From NCBI GenBank assembly GCA_951406725.2, contig OX597816.1:177630001-177694000 (forward strand): a DNA stretch of 64,000 nucleotides, in the 5' to 3' direction. The DNA is from Octopus vulgaris (taxonomy: Eukaryota). The first letter of the stretch is position 1. Each line of letters starts with the position of its first letter. Position numbers and translations under genes: made by a program. This document shows positions 55,555 to 64,000 of the stretch, one piece after another. The notes under the pieces were generated by a model, which saw nothing but the letters and a program-made list of their open reading frames with translations, was not told where the DNA came from and made no database searches.

Positions 55555-55917
55555 TACTTGTTTCAGTCGTTCGACTGCAGCCATGCTGAAGCACCGCCTT
55601 GAAGAATTTTTAGTCGAATGTATCGACCTCAGTACCTTTAAAAGAAGAATTCTAGTACTTATTCTACCGGTCTCTTTTGTAGAACCGCTAAGCTACGGGT
55701 ATGTAAACACACCAACATCGGTTTTTAAGCGGTGGTGTGTAGCCAAACACAGATACAAAGACACACACAGAGACAAACATACACGATTGGCTTCTTTCAG
55801 TTTCCGTCTACTAGGCTGTAGTAGAAGACACTTGGGCAAGGTACCAGGCAGTGAGACTGAACCCGGAACCATGTGGTTGGAAGCCTGTATCTTACCACAT
55901 AGCCATGCCTGCGCCTA
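55555..55917 (-). mobile_element. SINE family A, diverged
   Basis: Matches 25050-25487. Confidence 0.8.
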
Positions 55918-57324
55918 AATTTAAAACCCTAAATCCCATTACAAATGTTAGACCCCACTTATTTAATGACTTTTTTTAACAACCACTGCATTCAACAATA
56001 AAGTTAAAACTACAGCCGAGAAATTAAACTTCTTGAAAATCAGAAAATTCTTCCACTCTGTTAAGTTGCTCACTCTTCACCAAGCAGGGTGTAAAATCCA
56101 AAATGGAATATTGCACTAACACATCTGAGACTGTGTTGTTGCTACGTATATGTATAAACATTCTACGCAGCATCCAAAAAAGGTTGTAAAACTAATTAAC
56201 AAACACTCAACACAAGAATATTTCAATCTCTGACTCAAGATGTACTGGATTCGCAAAATTATTAAATTAGTGGACAAAATGCCTTCCGATATTTTCCTGC
56301 AGGTTCTGAGATTAAATCTTGCCATAGTTGATTACACCTTTCATCATTCTGAAATCGATAAAACAAGAACCAACAGAGAACAACTTGATCTAATCGACAA
56401 AATCTGCCGAAAATGGAAAGTGTTGTGTCAATGTTAACAACCAATTAATTTAGGTTCTGCGGGAAGAATTATATGTCTTAATATGGCTCTCGGTCTTTAG
56501 TTACGTTTCTCACGCTCTGATTTCCAGTTTCACCTGGCTCGGTTTTACTTTTCCGTACTTCTAAAATAAGTAACAGCTAAGAACTGAGGAAGAGGCGGTC
56601 AATATAATAGATAATAAAACTTCCTCAAAACTGAGTGACCTTGCGCATATATTAGTAACCAAAAATTATGAGCTCTCGAGGAAGCCTCTACGTAGTGCCT
56701 GAGTATTTTTCTTCAGTCGTTCTTCTAACTTCTACAGATAGAACTAAGTAGGTGTCAATGAATGGTACGTTTTAATGTTGCAAACAAGTTAACAAAAATC
56801 CTGACGAGTAAATCATTTACTTGTTGTGCTGAATTAAATATCTTCTGCGAGCAAACTTATCTTAGATTGACAGGTTTTCTATCAAGGGGATGATTACCTT
56901 TCACGAAACTGTAGATAAATAAGTGATCAGGTGTATTGTGGATAACCGTGGGACATATATGATTTCTGTTAAGTCATTGTAAGCTCTATAGAACAAAAAT
57001 ACTAAGAAACTGCCGAAACGACACATGATGCAAGTTCACATCCATTACACCACTAATGCCCTTCATTTCGTCCGTCTTTACATTCTGAATTCAAGTATTG
57101 CCGAGATCGACTTGGCCTCTCATCTTTTTGAGGTTGATAAGATGGTATCAGTCGGACACTGGCTTTGTACTAAAATTTGAGATTATTATTAAAGTAGGTT
57201 GTTTTACCCCTCTAGAAAAGGTGTTTCAGGGGTCGTTTCTGTGGGTACCTCGATGCAAGTAGCAATTTTCTGAAAGTCTCAGCTTGGGAAAATGGAAAAT
57301 GATATGAAAATAAGTCTTTTATAT

Positions 57325-57696
57325 TTTACTTATTTCAGTCATTTGATAGCGGCCATTCTGGGGTTCCGCCTTGAAGAATTTTAGTCTTCTTTTTTAGGCC
57401 TAGTACTCATTCTATCGGTTCTTTTGACGAATCTCTAGGTTAAAGGGACACAAACACGCCAACACCGTTTCCAGTCAGTGATGGAGGACAAACACAAAGA
57501 CGTGCGCCATCGCACACACACACACATGTACGATGGGATTCTTTCAGTTTCCGTGTACAAGATCCACTCACAAGGCTTCGTGTCACCTCGTGGTTATAGT
57601 AGAAGATACCTACCGAAAGTGTCACGCACTGGGACTGAATCCGGAGCTATGTGGTTGGAAAGCAAACTTCTTACCACACAGCTACGCCAGCGCCTA
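57325..57696 (-). mobile_element. SINE family A, diverged
   Basis: Matches 25050-25487. Confidence 0.8.
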
Positions 57697-59227
57697 CTTA
57701 AAATGAATTTTTTAAAAGTAAGAAAATGACTTGGAAGTTCATTGCTTATTGAAAACCAGTATTTTAGTTTCTATATGAAAGCATATCATGCGGAATAGAC
57801 ATTTTGAAAATAATTAGCGATATTTATGTTTCCACAGTTATAGCCTATTGCAACTCGATCTAAACCATTAACACTTCTTGAAGTCAAATTCACTGAACGC
57901 TTCGTTAGCAATTTTAGTTAAGCAATTTTGAAATGAGGTTGTCGCATTAATTTGTCAATTAATCTTGCTTTGCTTTAAATTCATTTAATCACAAAAGAAA
58001 TTTGATTTGCTTTATTTTTCACAGTATTTCGAGAGGTGATATGCCGACATGATGTTTAAGTCTAGTGATTGATGCCTTAGTCTACCAATTGAAGGGTCCT
58101 GCTGTTCGAATCCATTGCTGCACTGTGTCCATGGAAAATGCACTTAATTCTACCTAGTTTATTTTAGGAGAGAAAACGAATAGCATTATTCAAACCCAGA
58201 GTATAAAATGGTGCAACAAAATATCTCAAAGAATTTTCTCTGTCGTTCTACCGATTCCACAGTAAACTGTCGCTGCTTCTTTTGTAATACTTTTGGCGTT
58301 CCATGCATTCTTTGTGGGCAGAAATATTACGAAAAATAACTTCGAAAGTCTAAAAGAAAAACAGAGCATAAATCCAGTGGATCCATTCAATAAATAGGAT
58401 TTACATTCTTTCATGTAAGTATTATCCTTAAGGTTATATAAAAGTTATCGCATCTTTTCGGTAATTCCAAGTGTATTTCATGTGAAAATTCTCACGATGA
58501 TAAAACTACATCTGAGCTTATATTATTTGCAAACAAGAAACTATAAAGTAAACTAGAAACTAGGTAAAATTTGTACTTATAGTAAACACATCTTCATCTG
58601 GCACTTCTTGTTTTCGCTAAAATGACCAACTTTAGTCCTTAATACTATTTCTATAATGTTAATTTGAACCATTGCGTTGTGTCAAAAGTTTCAACCGTTT
58701 TCTGTCTGTCTACTTATATACATTATTATAAGTCCCCATGGTAGGCAGCAGCAAAATTCTAGCCTTGACAATTTGCGTCTGCGAACAGATTTTAATTTCT
58801 GCTTGAAGACGGGTTACTTTATACACCCTATTCATACTCTAAAGTGTGAATGTTGCATAATTTCCTTACTCATTTTGTAAAACTTATACACAAATCGTTA
58901 CAGTGTATTGAAAGGCGACCCACTTTAACTGCAATTACAGAAAGATATCGAATTAAGATGTTATCAAGACTGTTTCAAAAAGCAAATTCAAAAATCCAGT
59001 ATTTATAACTTAATAATATTGGTTTCAAGTTTTAGCACAAAGCCAGCAAGTTCGGGGTGGGTGTAGTTAAGTTTCATTCTAAATGCACCTAATATATCTT
59101 TGTCTTTATTCTTCCCTCTAGAGTCGGTAAAATAAATACAAGTCATGTACTGAGATCTTTTTAGTCAACTAATTATAACACTTTGTTGCTTGTTTGGTGC
59201 CTGGTTTAATGGTAGAAATCGTTCCAA

Positions 59228-59592
59228 TATTGGTTTTAAATTTTGGCACTAGGCCAGCAATTTTGGGGACCGGATAAGTCGATTACATCGACCCCAGTAT
59301 TCAAATAGTACTTATTTTATCGACCCCCAAAAGATGAAAGGCAATGTTGAATTCGGCGGAATTTGAACTCAGACCGTAAAGACGGACGAAATGCTTCTAA
59401 GCATTTTTGCCCGGTGTGCCAATGATTCTGCCAGATGGCCGCCTTAAACGACTTGAAACGATTTCTATGGCAGCGAGGTAGCAGAACCGTTAGCATGCGG
59501 GGGGAAATGCTTAGATGCATTTCGTTCGTCTCTGCGGTCTGAGTTCAAATTCTGCTGAGGTCGACATTGTCTTTTATCCTTTCGGGGTCGAT
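59228..59592. mobile_element. Head-to-head pair of SINE family B copies (59228-59445 minus; 59468-59592 plus)
   Basis: Family B head and core motifs in divergent orientation. Confidence 0.8.
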
Positions 59593-59724
59593 ACTTGACT
59601 CACTTCAACTCATTTTTTCCCTTTACTCATACCAAGGAGAAAACATATTAGACCCATCCCAATCTATATATAACTTTCTGCTGGATTAATTAATGTTTCA
59701 ACGAATGTTTTTTTTTTTCTTATA

Positions 59725-60279
59725 TAGGGTCAGGCAAAATGATCTGACACATTTGTAGGTTAAATAAAAGGCATTGTTTTTCGTTTCTTTTTCAGTTGCT
59801 GCCATGAATTGGACTGATGAGCATCGCGCTTTTATTGTGGAAACGTTTATCAAAACAAACGATTCTGTAACTGCAACACAAAGAGCGTTCCGTTTGCACT
59901 TCAATCTTGGTAGACATGATCCCGTACCAGCTTGAAACACGATCTTGTTATGGGTTACCAACTTCAGAGCTACTGGATCTGCATTGAAACGAAAATCAAC
60001 CGGCCGACCTCGCACCGCCAGAACTTAAAGATGCAATTCGTCAAGAAATTACTGCCATTCCACATGAAATGACCCGCCGAGTTATTGACAACTTTCGTGA
60101 ACGCCTTCGACAGTGTGTGGACAATAATGGATCCCATTTGACTGATTTAATTTTTAAAACATAATGAAACAAAATGGCATTATATGTACTTTTCAAAAGT
60201 AAAAACACATTTTTGTTTCTTTACTTCATTTGCCTTTTATTTAACCTACAAATGTGTCAGATCATTTTGCCTGACCCTG
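59725..60279 (+). mobile_element. Internally deleted Tc1/mariner element (DUF4817-type N-terminus, rosa/DD41D-like)
   Basis: ~48-bp near-perfect TIRs (agggtcaggcaaaatgatctgacacatttgtaggttaaataaaaggca), TA flanks. MNWTDEHRAFIVETF..GRPRTART joined to the C-terminus LKDAIRQEI..RLRQCVDNNGSHL. Confidence 0.88.
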
Positions 60280-60699
60280 TACGTAGGCGTAACAGGAGTA
60301 AGAGAACCATGCGCATATTTATAAGCAAGTGTTTTAACCCTTCATCTATGTTTATAAGTAAACAGCCCAGTGTTGAAAATATATGAAATAAAATTCACAT
60401 AACACATTTTGAAAATAAGTATTTAGCTTAATACTATAATTACAGTATTGAAGATAAAAGAATATTATATGTATGTCACAAAGATAAGAAAATCTTTCTG
60501 TAAGATTGAGAAAAATGCTGCTTCAGTGATGATTGCTAATTGTTATGTTAACTCCAACGTGAAAATCTGCGTCAATCTGGGTAGAAACATTAGATACGGC
60601 ATCGTAGAAGTGAACTGTATCCCTATATGCTCCATCAATTATTGCAGTTACAGATTGAAAGGAAATCCGAAAATTGACATAAAACTTAAGTTTATAACC

Positions 60700-60770
<71 letters not shown>

Positions 60771-61477
60771 CGTGTATGTATATAAACTCACAGACAGCAG
60801 TATTTATATTGCTACATGAAAGAGATCCGATATTAAATAAACAACTCAAAAATAACAAGTTAGTTCCATAATAATATTACATGAACGCTTTCGCACACAA
60901 AAAATATTAGACTAAGGATTCTGTCAGAAATGTTAATAAATCAAAAGAGTCTACCGCAAGTTGTACGTTACAACTGAAATATGCACAAAGCAATGTTGAA
61001 TACAGAATTAGGTGGAAAAAACTTGAAACAATGAAATTAATTTGTATACTTATACAAGAGCAGGTTATGGTATCGGGAAACATTTTATAAGCTAAACGAA
61101 GTGTACTCTACGTGATGGTACTCAAGACTAAACACCACAAAGATTTGGATAACCATTCATATCTTTTAGCCACCTTGTATATATGGTCGAGTGACCTAAT
61201 ATTTCTGGAACTTTTTATTCAATGATTGATGAAAGCTAAAGTTGCTCGTAGTGAAATTTGAATTTAGATTTGAACCGAACTGAACTGCATACTACAGGAC
61301 TTATACTACTTCCCCTCTCCACTACCAAGCTCTGATATATATATGTATATATATATATGTATACATATATATATATATAGTAAACCCCAAAAAGAAGAAC
61401 AAACACAAAAAAACAACAACGCGGGGACGTGGTACATGTAAAGAAATAACAGACGCTCAGGGAAGGAAAGAAAGATA

Positions 61478-61513
61478 GTTTAAAGTTTCGAGCAAACGCT
61501 CTTCTTCGGAAAC
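61478..61513 (-). ncRNA. Hammerhead-like relic within repeat 61380-61565
   Basis: Minus: GTTT CCGAAGA A GAGC-GTTT-GCTC GAAAC TTT AAAC. Confidence 0.5.
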
Positions 61514-61599
61514 AGAGGAAAATCCAATAAAAGGGAAGACGCAGGAAGAAAATCGCCAACGATTTGAATAGCATCTGCGTTCAACTCCATTTATTTACT

Positions 61600-61630
<31 letters not shown>

Positions 61631-61679
61631 GCGCGCGCACATATATATACATATATATATGTGTGTGTGTATATATATA

Positions 61680-61779
<100 letters not shown>

Positions 61780-61837
61780 TTATATATACACATTTATATA
61801 TACATGTATATATATATGTATAAATGTACATAACCAA

Positions 61838-61890
<53 letters not shown>

Positions 61891-62559
61891 CACACACATT
61901 TATGTCTGTGTGTATGTATCTATCACTTTTTTTCTCATAAGGATTTTCCTGGACGAAGTTTTTCAAAAAGTCGCTTCGCAATCATGTAGTTCCAGGTTCT
62001 ATACAACTGCGCAGTCTTTTGAACAAGTGTCTGCTGCCACAGCTTCTAGTCGACCTGAGCTTTCTGAGTGGAAATTCGTAGACGAAAATAAGACGATAGT
62101 TCACCCGATAGATTTTCATCTGCTTTTAGATGGTAGAGTTAATCTGAGCAGTAGTATAGCACCAGTATTTGCCTTTTGAGTACAAATAGTAAAGTTCATT
62201 AAATTACATGTTTTCAGACCAGTTCTCTAATCTAAGGATAATTTAATATCTTGACTTGCTGCGTCGAACCCATTTAGAAGTGATTTCTTTTCCCCTCTTC
62301 CCCACCCATCTCGTGGACGTTCCTTAAGGTTATAGCTGTTACGAACAACCTTCTACATCAGACTAAGATATATGAAAAAAAAAACAAGCAATTTTAATTA
62401 AAATTTTGTATAATTTAAAATAAACTATTTATATTTTCCCGGAAAATTGACAAACAATTCTCAATAAAGTATATTTATATTGTGTTGAGTTAAATTTTTT
62501 GCAATATTTTGGTAACTTACTTTATTCGTACAGTTACAAAAGCAGCCTATCATTGCACC

Positions 62560-63310
62560 GTCTGAAGCCACCGTTCGGCTAATTCTTTAATCCCACACTG
62601 ATGCCATTTCTTGTCCTACGAGGCGAAAATCTCTTTCGCTGAAGACTCCACCTCCTTTTGGCCGATGAAGCATCGCGAGTGCAGAAAGTGAGCCATTGAT
62701 CAGATCAAGTAATAATCCAAATAGCTAAGTCCGAACTATATGCAGATCGTTCGAACAGTATGAGGTCTTGCATTGTCTCGTTGCTGAAGAGCTGGCTTTC
62801 TGATCGCAAATGCCAGATATTTTTGCTGCACAATGGCATACATCCGCTCCAGCTGTTCCGGGTATAGATTGGCATCGATGGTTCGACCGTTCAGAACGAA
62901 CTCGTAGTGAATTATGCCTTTGTAATTCCACCAGTCGCAGAACATCATCTTGTGTTCGAAATGCCCATATTTAGAGACAGGTTCTGGAAGCTGATCCTTG
63001 CTTAACCACTGTTTATGCATGTTAAAATTGCAGAAAATTATTTCCCTCGAGTTATTACTTACTGCACTTGCGACGTTTCATCAACCAAGAGGATATAGAA
63101 ACTGTAGTGAAGAGGGGGGGGCTTCACCTCGAGGGACAAGAACTGGTTTCACCGTGGGATCAAAGAATTTGCAGGAAGGTGGCTTCAGACGATGCAATAG
63201 GATAGCCTCTATTTTGATGAATAAAGCAAATAAGCTACCAAGATATTGCAAAACTTTTGACTCAACACAATTTATTTGACATATAGTCTTACTGCGGAAT
63301 GCAAGTTGCG
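62560..63310 (-). mobile_element. Mariner transposase remnant
   Basis: KMMFCDWWNYKGIIHYE..TIDANLY..QRDNARPH; no clear TIRs seen. Confidence 0.8.
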
Positions 63311-63592
63311 AACCAACTTAAGCAAGAATTCGCTATACTGAATTATTTTAATGTTCATGCTGTGTCTTCAGTGCAGAAAATTGTTAGCAGTTGTCAAACT
63401 AACTACAATATGTAAATTAGCTTCCCCATTTGTAAACTAAACAGCATTTTTACATTACCCTAAGACTAGTAGTACTTAAGTGGCACCTGACAGCGGACAT
63501 TGTGTAAGAAAACATTGCCGTTGCTATGGGATTTATTTTATTTATTTTAATGCATCCTTTCAGACATGCTTAAAAAATAGATATACTTAAGA

Positions 63593-63665
<73 letters not shown>

Positions 63666-63681
63666 CGTGCGTGCGTGTGTT

Positions 63682-63715
<34 letters not shown>

Positions 63716-64000
63716 AACTTTAGATTAGTTAGAAAATATTTGTGACATATTCCATATTCTGAAGCAAAGTCACATCAGTTACCGTGGAGAATAAATTTTC
63801 TCTTTTGGTAAAAGGTTTCAAAACACCATATATTCCCAGTGCTTCCTCTAACGGTTTCCCAGATGCGTGGTTCTGGCTCTTTAAGCTTCCTCATTGGGAA
63901 GTACCGAAGAAAGATAACCTTGGGTAGATTAAAAGCCGGAGCTTTAACTAAAACAACAACAGTGACTGAGTTGCGTTACACACACTCACACACACACACA

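Noticed and set aside
58266-58400. VILLAFHAFFVGRNIT..NPVDPF, faintly like the DHHC palmitoyltransferase TTxE region
   Set aside because: Flanked by in-frame stops, lacks TTxE, and no other DHHC exons were seen
59813-59847. CTGATGA GC..GC..GAAAC GTT resembling a hammerhead
   Set aside because: Lies in the transposase reading frame (WTDEHRAFIVETF); stem II is not adjacent to GAAA and stem I does not pair. It also shows that chance matches occur
61940-62179. Open 79-codon segment after an acceptor-like site
   Set aside because: The nucleotide sequence aligns to a degenerate SINE family A head and core

Overview
AT-rich, microsatellite-dense animal DNA with no confidently identifiable host protein-coding gene. 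The SINE repertoire and repeat style are what I associate with octopod cephalopods (inference). Almost all ORF-track entries are translated microsatellites. The real content is decayed transposons: at least four Penelope-like retroelement (PLE) remnants, RTE, CR1-like, R4/Dong-like and L1/Tx1-like LINE fragments, two near full-length mariners, other Tc1/mariner/pogo derivatives, and many SINEs. The main signal not shown by the ORF track is about 15 minimal type-I hammerhead ribozyme (HHR) motifs or relics (CUGANGA...GAAA...NUH), most with a palindromic stem III. They come from at least 10 unrelated short non-coding repeat families and often sit inside or at the axis of long inverted repeats. 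The window also has many near-perfect fold-back palindromes of 45 bp to about 1.2 kb. All coordinates and pairings were read by eye, so element boundaries are approximate.
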